A stretch of DNA of 64,000 nucleotides from Pseudogymnoascus verrucosus. Taxonomy: Eukaryota. Below are positions 49,441-62,039 of the stretch, one piece after another (position 1 is the first letter of the stretch; the number at the start of each line of letters is the position of its first letter). The DNA lies in the NCBI GenBank assembly GCA_001662655.1, contig KV460284.1. One strand, 5' to 3'. Under the pieces are notes generated by a model. It was not told where the DNA came from and made no database searches. It saw nothing but the letters and a program-made list of their open reading frames with translations. The translations under genes and the position numbers were made by a program.

Positions 49441-49537
49441 ACACATCACATGATAATATATCACGTGATATTTTCTGAATCTTCAATCTTGAATATTTTC
49501 TAGTGGTGGCGGACAAGTCGGTTACACATCACATGAC
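49441..49537. promoter_or_regulatory. Clustered bHLH E-box-like sites in the THOC5/PAQR divergent promoter
   Basis: ATCACATGAT (49445-49454), ATCACGTGAT (49460-49469) and ATCACATGAC (49528-49537); ACACATCACATGA is duplicated. Confidence 0.5.
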
Positions 49538-50083
49538 TTAGTCGGAGTTTTCGTCCCTTCAGTCCGAACCAAGCCGCTCCCACTTGCCTCCTTTTGGCTG
49601 ACTTATGACGGCTCATAGGAGTCTGGGCACGTCTTGGCTGGTTATTCCGCTCAAAATTGCATGTGCCAACAAATACAAACAGGAGGACATATCTGGGAAT
49701 GAATTTCCACTTTCCAAACTCATTACAACTTAATTAAAGATTAAAACATATTCACATTCATTTATATTATATTCATACCAGTACATATATTAAAGATCTT
49801 TGTCCTCCCCACAAGAACCCCACACCCTGTTATCCCCCGACCAAGATTTTAACCGCCGCTGCTCCCCACTAGAACCTCCGCCGGCGGTTTCGAACCTGCA
49901 GTTTATAGTGCTCCTTTAACGACCACAGCCGATTGACGGACCTCCCCCTCTTCAGACTTCAATTTCCAGTCCTCCACGCTGGCTACAAACAAAACAATAG
50001 CATTCATTATATCGCTCGAGATTCACAGCCCGTGAATCAGCGACTAGCTTTCGAAGTGGCATACGCAAACTCCTGAGCCAAAC

Positions 50084-51639
50084 ATGGCTTCGACTACCGC
50101 CCTAGCCGCCGGGGCGGAATGCTCTACAGAAACCATGAGCGCAACGACATCGGGCATTGAGGCTCCAGCAGCGCCCTACAAACGACGCCATTCGTCGTTC
50201 CGTAGTGGGAGGCTATCCATCTCCAGCTTGGACTGGGAGGACGGGCTTCAGTTGAAGGTACATCCCAATTCGAACCCAACGACCATCCAGGGACATTGTT
50301 AACTTTCTCTGTTTAGATTGACCTCTTCCTCGAAGAATTAGAGCGCCGATTAGACTTGATTGAGGAGTACGGCGATATCGACCTCGATGCCAGCATCCAG
50401 CGAGCCTACGCGACTTTACAAGCGGTACGAGCACGATGCTCGCAGGTGTCCGGAGAAGTCCTCGACGCTGGCCGCAGGAGAGCCAAGGTCATGGTGGAGA
50501 CTGTAGAGTCGAGATATCAACACGCGCTGGTAGCGAAGGAGACATTTGCTGAGAAGGCACAGACGGGGCTCATTCTATTAGAAGAGATGCTGTGTGAATA
50601 CGAAGCGCGCGCAATGAAATTCCGGGAGCAGGGCTTCTGCAACGCCGCAAACACGGTCATTGAAGGCGGCCGCAGAATGGTCGACGAGGGTATTGGCAGG
50701 GCCAAGGTGGTGGTAGACGACAGTATCGAACGCGCCATGAAAGCCGCCGAGACCCTGGACATCCGCATAGCGCACGCCGTCTCGCAAGCTAAGAAGCACG
50801 GCCTAATCACCTTCCAAGACCTGCCCGCCCCATGGCAAGTGAACCCTCACATCACGCGGGGCTACCGCTTCTCGGAGTCCAAAGTGCACATCCTGCGCTC
50901 CACACTCACCATCTCCAACGAGCTCGTGAACATCTGGTCGCACGCCATCGGCCTCCTAATCGTCCTCTCCATCGCCTTCTACTTCTACCCCACCTCCGTG
51001 AACTTCTCCCTCTCCACCACAGCCGACAAAGTCATCGCGGCCGTCTTCTTCTTCGCAGCCTGCAAATGCCTCGTCTGCTCCTGCCTCTGGCACACCATGA
51101 ACTGTGTCGCGAACCGCACGCTGCTCGAGCGCTTCGCATGCGTGGATTACACCGGCATCTCCTTACTGATCGCCGCCTCCATCATGACGACGGAGTACAC
51201 GGCGTTCTACTGCGAACCGGTCGCTAGAAGCGTCTACCTCATCGCCACCGCAACCCTCGGCGTCGCCGGCGTCATCCTCCCCTGGCACCCGACCTTCAAC
51301 GCGAAGAACATGGCCTGGGGCCGCGTCGCATTCTACGTCACCCTCGCTGCGACAGGTTTCGTGCCTGTGTTCCAGCTCGTCAAGACGCGTGGCGGGGACT
51401 GGGCGTGGGATTTCTACGCGCCGATCACGAAGAGCATTGCGGTGTACTTCTGCGGCGCGATCGTCTATGCTAGTAAGGTGCCTGAGAAGTGGTATCCCGG
51501 CGCGTTTGACTACGTGGGGGGGAGCCATAACTTGTGGCATTTTGCGGTGCTGGGGGGGATCTTGTTCCATTATCGCGCTATGGAACATCTTTTTGCGGCG
51601 GCGTTTGAGCGCGCGCAGTTGGGCTGCCCTACGTCATGA
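50084..51639 (+). CDS. IZH3: PAQR / haemolysin-III family membrane protein (IZH3-like); exons 50084-50257 and 50317-51639
   Basis: PWQVNPHITRGYRF, NELVNIWSH, SCLWHTM, DYTGIS and PEKWYPGAFDYVGGSHNLWH motifs; 7 TM; long helical N-terminal extension. Confidence 0.88.
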
Positions 51640-52155
51640 ATGATTGGTATTTCAGAGTCAAAAGTACATATATGATTTAGAGCCAGATATGTTGGAGTGG
51701 GGGGTATTGTATATCGAGGAGATGATACATGAAATGAGGTGAGATGCATTGCATATTCCCGTCTGGATGGTGACGGGAACGAAACCTGGCCTTCGGCCGC
51801 AACTTTTTTATTTTATATATATTTCTTGGGAGTAAGGCATGGCGACGGAGTCAAACTTGTTGTGGATGTTTCTTTTTTGGCAAAGCATTTGCATAATAGA
51901 TGGGGCAGAGGAGGAATAATGGTATGAGAAGATTTGCATACCGCATATGAGCCTAGAGAGATCGCGCTGTTGAGCGTTCCATAGACTATAATTTACAGTT
52001 TACATGACACACTCATCGTATATATTCGTGATATCAAAGTTTCATGTCTAACCAAACGGGTATATTGGTCTCTAGTAACTCTTTATGTCATAAGCCACAA
52101 AACCCCCCATCATACTTTGCGCAGCGAAAGCACCCCCCCATACCCCCAATCCCCT

Positions 52156-55100
52156 TCACTCCCCCCTCCGCTTACTCTCCAACAACCACGCCCCTCCCTG
52201 CGGCCCACTCGCATCCAAACTAACCGTCGTCTTAAACGCATCACTAAAAACCCTAACCAGCATCGCCACATTCCCATAATCGCACTCACTCGTCACCCTC
52301 ACCTCCTCCTCCTTCTTCCCCACCTCCCCCTTCTCCCCCTCCTTCTTCCCCTCTCCCTTCTTCTCCCCCACCACCGGCACAGCCTTAACCTCCAAACTAG
52401 GGAACGGCAAGTACCCTTCGCGTAGCGGGATGAGGAGAACGGGGAACCGTAGTGTTGTCGGCGGCGCAGACCCGGAGGCGGGGATCTTGAAACCCCCCTT
52501 GCGACGCCCGCCGAGGAGCCAGGTGTCTGAGGGCGCGCTGAGCTCGTATGTGAATGCCAGTTCTGTGGCGCGGTGGGGGGAGTCGGGGTTGTCCCAGGCG
52601 CGGGTGTGTTTTAGGACTAAGGTGGCTGGGATGGGTTGGTTAGTGACAGCGACGAGCTCGTCGTCGGTGGTAGTCTCCGCGCCGTGGGGAGAGGGGGTGG
52701 TGAGTTGCAAATCCGCGGTGTGGACGACTGTTATAGACGGTACAGCGACAGGGATGGTGATAGAGCGGCTCTGCGCTATAGTATCCGCTGTGATGACCAA
52801 AGGCGGAAGCGGGATGAACGGGTGCGCGGCGTGGAATTCGCGGATCCAAGTCGCTATTTGCGTTATTACGTCGGTGGGTTGCTGGGAGGAGGTGTGCAGA
52901 CCGCCGAAGTAGGGGGACCAGTTTGTGTCCAGCAGGGTGGAGGTGAGGAGTTCGCCGAGGAGGGCGGCGCGCTCGAGGTCGTAGGCGGAGAGGCGGGAGT
53001 GGAGGACGGAGAGGATGGCGGGGATGATGAGGCGGGTGTATTGGTGGAGAGGGGTGGTTTTGAGGGAGGTGGTTAGGGCGGTGGTGATGGCGGAGTCGAT
53101 TTCTTCTTCGAGGCAGATGTAGTGGAGCTTCAGTTGTAGGGAGGAGACTTGCTTTTTCTTGCCGCCGGAGGGGATGATGGGTGTCTTTCTGCGGTTGATT
53201 CGGTAGAGGAGTGACGCGGACTGGCGGGGGTAGATGACTACTGAGTCCATGAATTCGTCTCCACTGCAGGCTTCGTAAATATCTGATTCTGAGAGACTTG
53301 AGCTGAGAAGTCGTAGAGGATTGGTTGTGGCGGATGAGATTGTAAACTTCGAAAAGAGCGCCTTCCGCTTGAATACATCCTGCACATTGACGCCGAGAGG
53401 TAACAGCACCGAGATAGTCGGGCTGCATGCGAGGAAGAAGACTTCCTTGCCCACCGTGTACGACATTTCAACCTTAAGCGCTAGCGTACTTGTCTCCTGC
53501 TCAAGACTAAATGGCAAGCTAAGCTTAACGGTTGAATTCGCAGGTAAAGCCCCAAAGCGAATAACCCCTGGACTCGATTTCTTCATGATCTCAAGTTCGC
53601 CATCGAGCACTTTCGTCTCTGCAGTTTGTAGGCGGAGACCTGCTGTCGCGGCGCGGACATGGATCTCGCCACTAGCGACATCGTTCCAGCCGGATGAGAA
53701 TGTAACCTCGAGAGCCCTTTGGCGGTCCAGGTGCAGATTTTGGGAGGCGGCCATCTTGACGTCAAATGAGTCTGCGCGTTGGTATAGACGGATGCGGGGG
53801 CATTTGAAGAAATCCATGCTCTGTGTCATGGCTGGCGGTGCACTCTCGGTCTCGTAAGACATTACCATCTTTGACGAATATAGCACGAGTTGCTTAACGA
53901 CGTACGTCCCAGGAATAGTAACCTGCGCGAGTGTTAGATGGCATCATAGAGTGGTTGATGGGGATGCTTACGTTGCTCTGGAATTGTAGCCTATTAATCC
54001 CAGGCTTCAAATCCATAGGTTCCTGTAAATCAAGCCATATATCTCGAGCCTGTCCCGCCGTAACTGGTACCAACCGAGCCTTTGCCTTGTCAATATGCAG
54101 GTCATCAGGAAGAAGGTACCGAAGTTTAAGCTGAATAGAGAAGCTATCACGGCCTTCATGGTACCTCGCAGCTCCCTCAACTTCGATGCGAGCAAAGAAG
54201 TACTTCAATGAGACGGCGAAATCATTCTGCAGAGTAGGAACAATCGTCATCAGCTCCGTCAGATATCCATCAACGGATACATCTTCGAGGGCCTGCAGTG
54301 CGTCCTCGTGGCCAAGTTTAACCCCAGATTTTCGGAAATAATCGCTCTTCGCATGACCAGCAGCTTTAGCCAGAAGGTTGATAGCTACCCTGACATACTC
54401 GTCGTTCCGCTTAAGCTCTTTTAAGCACCTGGTATACATCACCAGCATAGACATCTGGATCTGCTCCCATCCCGATTCACCGTAGAATCGCGTTATGCGG
54501 TATAGATATGATGCTGCGCCAGCATAATCATCCAGGTGATATCTCAGAACCGCAAGGTCTGCCATATTCGCCTGCACAGACTGAGTGTGTCCTGCCACTG
54601 AAAAGTGGCGCAGGGCTTTATCCGTTAATATCTCATACAGTCGGTTGAAATCCTCCTGGGTTTCCAGCGCCGTTCGGAGAAGCTTATTGTCAATCCCCTG
54701 AAGGGATGGCGTGCCTTTATCTAACTTGTCCGGGGATTCTTTAGAGTCAGAGTTCAGATCAACCTCTTCCATAGCACCAGTTCCAACGTTTGAAGATTGA
54801 AGCTCCTCCCATCCCACAGACCACTTTCTTTTCTTACCAAGTCGTTCAAGGACAATTCGGCTGAGAAGGTAAATCTGAGCTCTGCCGGCAGCCAAATCTT
54901 CAAGCCCGGCTTTTAAGAACGTGGAGCTGACACTGGCGTTACTATCAACTGCAGCCGAGCTGGCTCTTCGGCCCGGAAATACACCAGGGCTTGTCGCCCT
55001 TGGTGGCGGATTCGTAATGAGTGATGAGGACCTTGCGGGGTGCATCATAGTTTTAGGTTCTGGGATAGTTGCCTTCTCCTGGTCAGGGCCATCCGTTGCA

Positions 55101-56876
55101 TTCATTGGTGCCAAGTTAGAGGCAGGAATTGGCAGCGCCTTCGTTGCTGTCTGAGCCAGTATTTGCTGGGTAACAGAAAACGTAAACGACGATACGACAT
55201 TGTCGATAGCTTGGGCTGTGGCTAGATCCTCCGATGTACTCGACTTTGCGTCAGGGTTTTTCTCTTTCGATATATACAGAGCAGATGTAATGTCGTCGCG
55301 CATGATCCTGCTTATAGATGCCAGGAAGTTAATAGAGCGTCGACAGATCTCGCTCAGAAGAGCGAGGTTCTCTCCCTCTTCGTTCGCCTGGGTCGGTGGA
55401 TGCCGAGCAGCGACTCCGAGAAGGGATGTTTCGCGCTGCTCCTTTAACTTGGCCAGAAGCTCTTCTCTAGATGATACGGCATTTCCCATGCGTAGGAGCA
55501 GGGAGAGCTGTCGAGCGAACAAGTAGCATCGGAAGTCGAATATCGAGATGTTATTCGCCAAGATAAGTTCACGGTACGGCTTCCGGTCTGCACTCAGGAG
55601 GATCTCATCTTGGTCGGCCTTCTGAGCATTATCGGAGCTCTGGAGGTCGACAGTGTCTTCTGAATCCGACGGGTCTACAGCATCCCCGTTCGCGATTCTC
55701 TTCTTGGCCTGCTCAACTTGGCCGAATAAGTCGTCCGTATAAGGCAAAAACGAACCGCCATGTTCAGCCCCCGTCCCAGTCGCAGCTTGCTCCCTAATAA
55801 TCGCATCCAGCCCCACAGCAAGCTCATCATATCCAACCAGCGCATCCTCCACCAAGCCCACACTCTCAAACCCCCTCGCTAGCCCCTCCTTCAGCACAAA
55901 GAACGTGCAAAAGTTCCACCCCGGCAACGCCCTCTGCGCATCCTTCTCCTTAATATCATCCTCATACTGCGTGACCCGCATATCAAACGAGTCCAAAATC
56001 AGCTTCTTAAACTTCGCAATCAGATCCTGCCACGCCGCCTCGTGCTCCTGCGCACTTTCCGTATACGACCCCGGTATCGCGGGTACGACTCGCGGCAGGC
56101 GATCGTATGGCACATCATTAACACCAATCCTGATCTGCGCGACGCGATCCACCGGCGCCTTCGCCGTGCCATTAAAATCCGCTTTCAGCTTCTCATAGAT
56201 GGTATTCCCGCCCTTCGCACTAACGCGCGGCTGCGTCGCCGCGGCCGTGTTCGGCACAATAACATGCAGAATCAGGTACTCAAACGCATCATGATTCTCC
56301 TGCGCGCTAAGCTTCGCCGTGCTCTGCGCCGGCGGCGTATGCGCCTTCACCCACTCGCGAACCTGTTTCCTAGCCTGCGCTTTATAGGTATCATTGTCGT
56401 CGCATCTTACGAGCAGGACTTTGAGGTACGGCGTCTGTCTCAGGCCGGGGATTTGGTGACGCCGCCCTTTCACCGGGACTTGGAGAGGAGCAGGCGTCTT
56501 CCCTTCTTCGCGATCGCGGTCGTTGCTTGATTTCCCGAGGGGCTGCGTGCGGAAGCCGTCGTCGCCGCTGATGGTGGAGTCGTTGGATTTGACGCGCGAG
56601 AGCTCGGGGCTGCTGGCGGAGGAGGGGGGGCGCGCGTCGGCGGCGGGGACGAGGTCGACGTGCAGGGAGCGGATGGATCTTAGGGGGCCGGCGTGGGATT
56701 CCCAGTGTAGTGTTCGGAGGGGGAGTCGAGCCAGGAGGCCGGGGGAGAGAAGCTCGTAGACATTGTAGGGGTCGAAGTACTCAACTGTGGAGTGGAGTTA
56801 GTGGTGTGGTAGGCACGGGGGGTTGGGTTTGGGTTTGCTTACCGGTGACCTTTGAGCTTGAAGATGGCTGTTCCAT
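52156..56876 (-). CDS. TRS130: TRAPPII subunit Trs130/TRAPPC10; exons 56876-56843, 56784-53972, 53922-52156
   Basis: KVTVEYFDP...LPLRTLHW, PGWNFCTFFVLKEGLARGFESVGLVEDALVGYDEL, ISIFDFRCYLFARQ, and C-terminal WLLGGRRKG...LIPLREGYLPFP; two canonical introns join the ORFs. Confidence 0.92.
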
Positions 56877-57464
56877 TGCAGACAGCTATTGGGAGCATCA
56901 GATCATCTTAGAGGCAATCTGTATTCATGGACGGGGGGTTATCAATCGGGGTCCGGCCACATCGCGATACTGCCCTAGTAATAGCTCGGAGTGGTAAGGC
57001 GGTGAGAGCTCAAGCTCCCACTGCCAAGACAATATATCATTCAACTTCCCCTCTTACACTTCACTTTGAATAAGAGTCCAATATTGGTAACAGTTAAATA
57101 AATTTATGTCTGGTCTGTTTCTAGGTTGCATAGTTGCACACGGCGGTTTTATTCCAATTTGTATTGGGACGCTACAGAAATTGTTCTCATTGATAAATAA
57201 TCCTACTAGACTTATAATAAACACATAAAACAATTATTTCTGGTCATGAAAGAGTAAATAATCCTAACTTACAAACTACAATGAAGACGCTAATGCACCA
57301 AAAATACAATAGATAATAAACATAAGAAAACTTGTCATCACACCTTTTCGCTAGAAACCCACAGATTATGCCCTTCGTTCGTCGTATATCGTTATGGATC
57401 GTCAGTCTGTCCCAGTCGTCTCATCAAATACTCACAAACAGTCTCCCCCTCTCCCCTATTGCTG

Positions 57465-58323
57465 TCACCTGTGCATCGCAACCACCTCCCTCTCCCTCCC
57501 AACCTGAAACACCCTACTCATAGCCGGCAAATCCTCCCCCGCATCCATCTCCCTCCTCTCCATCGTCTCCTTCATAATCATCCCCCCCACCTCCGCATTC
57601 TCCATCCAAAACAAATGCGTCTCCTCCCCATGATTCTTCCACAACCTCGCCAACATAAACCCCACCCTCGCAAACACCATCTTCAGCAACACATCATTTG
57701 CACTCAGCCCCGCATGCAACTTTCTACAGCACTCCAGCAGAAGAGGCTGCGCGGCATCCATCCCGGCCGTCTCGAGGTAGTCGATGATGCAGAGCCGTAT
57801 GCAGGACTTGAAATCATCGAGACAGTATCGCTCGGCGCAGATATACACGTCGACGCTGAGTTCATACGCCATCAACCAAGTTCGCATATCCTCCCCATCC
57901 ATCCTCGGTTCCGGCGCCGGATCCACCACCCCCCTATCCCTCGACAACCTCCTCTGATTTCCCCCCCTCGGCCGCGGCGGGCCACGACGATGCATTATCG
58001 CCCCCGGATGAGGAGGATGGACGCCCACAGGTGGCGGCGGTGGAGGGACACCCCAGCCGCCGGGAGGAGCAACGTATCCTGCGTAGGCGCGGCGGGGGGG
58101 AAGGGGACGGTTGGATTGCACGCCGCAGTTCCAGCAGGGCGGGCGCTGGTTGTGGTTGAAGCAGGTGGAACAGTTGCAGCCGAGGCGGTGGCGGCCGGGT
58201 TCTTTGCGGTTGAGGCGGTCGAAGGTGCGCTGTTGGCGGCGTTGGCGGGCTTGGAAGCGGCGTTCGCTTCGCATTCTGGGGAGGGTTGTTAGTGATAGGG
58301 ATAGGGGGTTAGAGGTTGGTGGC

Positions 58324-58357
<34 letters not shown>

Positions 58358-59158
58358 GGAAGGTTGGCCTTACGAGTCGTCACTGCTGCTGTTGCCGATT
58401 TCGCTGCCGCTGCCGCTTTCTGATTCTTCGTTCTCTTCTTCTCCCTCCCTTCCCTTCCCTTTCGGAAGTTCCACAACTAGACCCATCATCAGCATATTGA
58501 TACCCCCCCAGACCGTAAAAACTCACCCAATGCATCAACCGCAGGCTTGATAGGAGAAAATTTCCCCTCATAAAGGTATGCCACCACAAAGCTAAACAAC
58601 GCCGGGTCTTCCTCCGGCAAGTCCACAGCCTGCTCGTCCGCCTCCCTAAACCGCCCATCAAGCGCGTTCCTGAAGAACTCCGATTTCGTGAGGATATCCT
58701 TGTGAACGTAGAACGTCTCCGCTTCAGGCCCGCACCTGACTGGTATAATCGGCGATTGATGGCGCCTAAGAGAGAACATAATGTTAAAACCAATTCCCAC
58801 AAGAAGACCCTTATCAAAACTCCCAACATAGCAACAAACCATCCAACAAAAATCCACACCACCCAACGCCCTCCCTTCCCATCGACCCCTAAACCCCCAT
58901 GCCAAAACCCGCAAAACCGAATAACAAACAAGCAAAATAAGATAAAAAACACACCACTCACCCATCCACAGTCGAAAGCCACAAGTCCTTCTTGACACTA
59001 ACGAACACCCTCCTCGGCACCTCCACATGCGCCTCATCCAGCACCACCACGGCCGGCACCGCCACGCTCGGCTCCCTCATCGCATCCGCCAACGTGCGCT
59101 CCTTTCCCCTCTGCGCCGCAGCCGAGGACTCCGCGCGGGGCGTCGTTATGGTCGACAT
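57465..59158 (-). CDS. BTB/POZ domain protein; exons 59158-58962, 58765-58527, 58476-58374, 58275-57465
   Basis: IIPVRCGPEAETFYVHKDILTKSEFFRNALDGRFREADEQAVDLPEEDPALFSFVVAYLYEG (BTB) and a later VDVYICAERYCL; three canonical introns restore the frame. Confidence 0.85.
58326..58355. repeat. 30-nt G homopolymer (poly-C on the sense strand) inside BTB gene intron 3
   Basis: Read directly; lies within intron 58373-58276. Confidence 0.85.
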
Positions 59159-59490
59159 CCCTCTCTGCTCCCGTCCGGATCGTCTGTCCTAAAACAGCAG
59201 ACAACACTTAAATCCTTATCCTATCGTCCAACTCTGTCTTCTCCGCCTCACTAAACCAGCCTCGATGACAGGGACAGACTGCTGGACGAACTTGCAGATA
59301 ACCCGAGAAAAGAAATGATGAGAAGGCTGCGCTGAACTCAACAAAAGACTCGTCGTCCCCGCAGCAGCCCTCACCACGCAAGCACCCGACGAGGCTCCAG
59401 GCTGCAGCTGCGGCTCTACGGGGGCAGCCAACCAAAGAACGAGGTGTCAGCTCATTCACACCTAGCTGGTATCCAAGCCGGGTGATGGGC

Positions 59491-59520
<30 letters not shown>
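59491..59520. repeat. (GGGTAT)5 hexanucleotide repeat, potential G-quadruplex
   Basis: Five perfect copies, about 330 bp upstream of the BTB ATG. Confidence 0.85.
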
Positions 59521-59523
<3 letters not shown>

Positions 59524-61209
59524 AGGGCTTAGAGGGCCCGCTGGCTGGTGCGGGTCATGCGGATCATGCGATGCGGTTCGTGTCGTGGGAGTGTCCGTTA
59601 GTGACGTATTTGCTTGGGTTACGATATCATGGTACTATCATTTCAGCGGAAGCTCCCGGTATATATGGTACGGGGAGAATAGTGTAGAGTGATTATATTG
59701 GGGATATGGAGGAGCCAGCAGGAAAGGTAGGAAGAGGATGGCGGAGCAGAGGCAAGCATCCGCACAAGGCGGGTATCTGCCTCCTCGCCTTCCACAGGGA
59801 TCGTGGCACCTCTCAAGAGCGTGGAGGCCGTGGTGTGATAGCCGGTTTGGGTGAGTGAGTGGCTGCTTGCGTGTGTGCTGCAGTGATTTGACTGCATGAT
59901 AGCAAGGGGTGCCAATGGATGGGTGGTGGGCGTGGTGTGTAAGCCTTGTTTTCTACTGCAGCTCTATCTTACTATCACTTCTGTGGGGGTGGAGCATCAG
60001 CAACAGGAGCCTAATATGGGGGAAGGAGAGTTGTTGATGGATTTATGGACTGTGGACTGTGTTTTGGATTTTTTATTTTATGCATGATGATCTTTTTGTT
60101 TTGGGCGGGGGGGAAAATAAAATGATAGATGATGGATACGAGGTGAGGGGTGTCTTGGAACGGCGGGTGCGGGGGTGGGGGGGTTGTCAGACATCAAGGT
60201 TGCGATTAGATACGGGATGACGAGTTTTTTTGTTTGGAAGCTTAAAAAGAGGCCTACGTTATTAGAAAGGTGTTTATTGGGGAAATAAAATTGTTGGATT
60301 TTGGGATTGAGTAATTGGCAAGCTGTATATTTTAAATCAATCCCTACCGCCTTCATGGTGCTCCAAAGCAGGAATTATAATCGCAAACGATGCCCCTCCT
60401 CGACAGCGACAGCCAAGACTTCTCAATTCTCCCCTCCCTTCTACACCACTTCTCACCCACCACCCGCCAACATGGCGAAGTAACCGCGCATTAGTCTACA
60501 TATTAACCCACCACCTCCCCACGTCGCATCCTAATAACGGCACCGCAGTCGCAGTCGAAAACGGACAATCCAATCCCCAACACCCCGCGTCTGACCCCCA
60601 GTCTGACAGCTGGACAAGCATACATCACCCATCCGCCGACATCATCTCAGCTCCACAGGGTTCACAAGTCATCATCATAGCGACCGGGAAAGCGATTTCC
60701 CGGTTGATAGCCAGAGATTTCCACCGGGTAGAGGGAGGTTTTAGGAGGGGGAGGTGTGGGATGGAGGAATGCGGGGGTGGGGGGGTTATACGTTTCAGCT
60801 CGTCCGGGTTCTGGGTTTATTATCAATGCATATAGGGCGGACGATGCAACGGTTACAGGTTATGTGGGTGACAATTGCGCGCGAGTCAAGAGGACCGTTT
60901 TAAGTATTCCGTCGCACGCGCGCACCACTCGAAGAGATCTCACAAAACCATCCAAGACAAATAGACAAACAGAGCAAGAGCACAGGATTAGATAAAAACA
61001 GGGAACGAACCCCTCGCCGAAAGCAAGCAAGCAAGTACACACGTACGTTACACTTTATAACAAGATAAGATCCCAATCTCCCCAGCACATAACAAAATTT
61101 TCCGTAAAAATATATCGCTCTAGCATCCCCCATCTTCTCCGCGCGCCAAGCGCCTCACCCCGCAATCCCTCTAATAATCGTCCCTCTCACATCTCTACAT
61201 AAGCACAGC

Positions 61210-62039
61210 TTAGAAGAGCGCGAAGACCATGACCATAGCGCCGAGGAGGCCGCTGCCGACAATGGCGTTGCGGGGCGCAGCGCCGGTGGGGGTAGCGGAT
61301 GGCGGGGTGGTAGGCGCCTCGGTGGAGGTGGGTGGGGTGATGCTGGTCTCGAGGGTGGTGGATGGGGCCTCAGTGGTGCTCGGGGCCTCGGTGGTAGACT
61401 CAGCAGTCGTGGTGGACGCCTCGGTGGAGGTGGTGGATGGGGCTGCCTTGGTAGAGGTGGACGAGGCCTTGGTGGAGGAGGAGGTGGTGGTGGGCTCGGC
61501 AGCGGTGGAGATCTGGGAGACCTTGATGGTGGTGGTTGACTTTCCTTCGGTGGACTCGGCAGTGGAGATGCTGATGGTGCCCTCGCCGGCGCCGGCGGTG
61601 GAACCGCCCTCGCCGCCGGAGATGGTGAATGGGTTGGAGTATTGGAATTGATCGTGGTTGGAGTCGAGCTGGAGCAGGATACCGTAGGCGGCGAAGGGGG
61701 CGGAGGCAGGGACGGTCCAGTCGAAGTGGCCGACGGCGCTGTCAATGGAGCCTGTAGTGGTTGTTAGGTGTGCTGCGCCGCAGGATTGGGGAAGGGGAAC
61801 TTACTGGCGATGGCTTGCTCGGCGATGTCGAGGCTCTGGGCGTCCTTGCCCTGCATCAGGAGGAGGGTGATGGGTGCGGGAGGGTCGCTGGGAGTCCATC
61901 TGATGGTGAAGGTCGAGCCGGCCGGGATGACCTCGTGGCTGGTTGGTGCGGTGAGGACATTGAAGCCGGGGATTTGAGCGAGGACGCTGGTGGTGGTGGC
62001 GAGTGCCAAAAGGCAGGCCTTTGCGAATGAGTACTGCAT
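61210..62039 (-). CDS. GPI-anchored Ser/Thr-rich cell-wall protein with Kre9/Knh1-like N-terminal domain; exons 62039-61805 and 61751-61210
   Basis: Signal peptide MQYSFAKACLLALA...; AGSTFTIRW...LLLMQG...FDWTVP...YGI...QYSNPFTI domain; S/T/E/P-rich stalk; hydrophobic C-terminus (GLLGAMVMVFALF*). Confidence 0.88.

Noticed and set aside
49830..49960. tRNA gene suggested by GGTTCGAAACC
   Set aside because: The T-stem does not pair and I could not fold an acceptor, D or anticodon arm.
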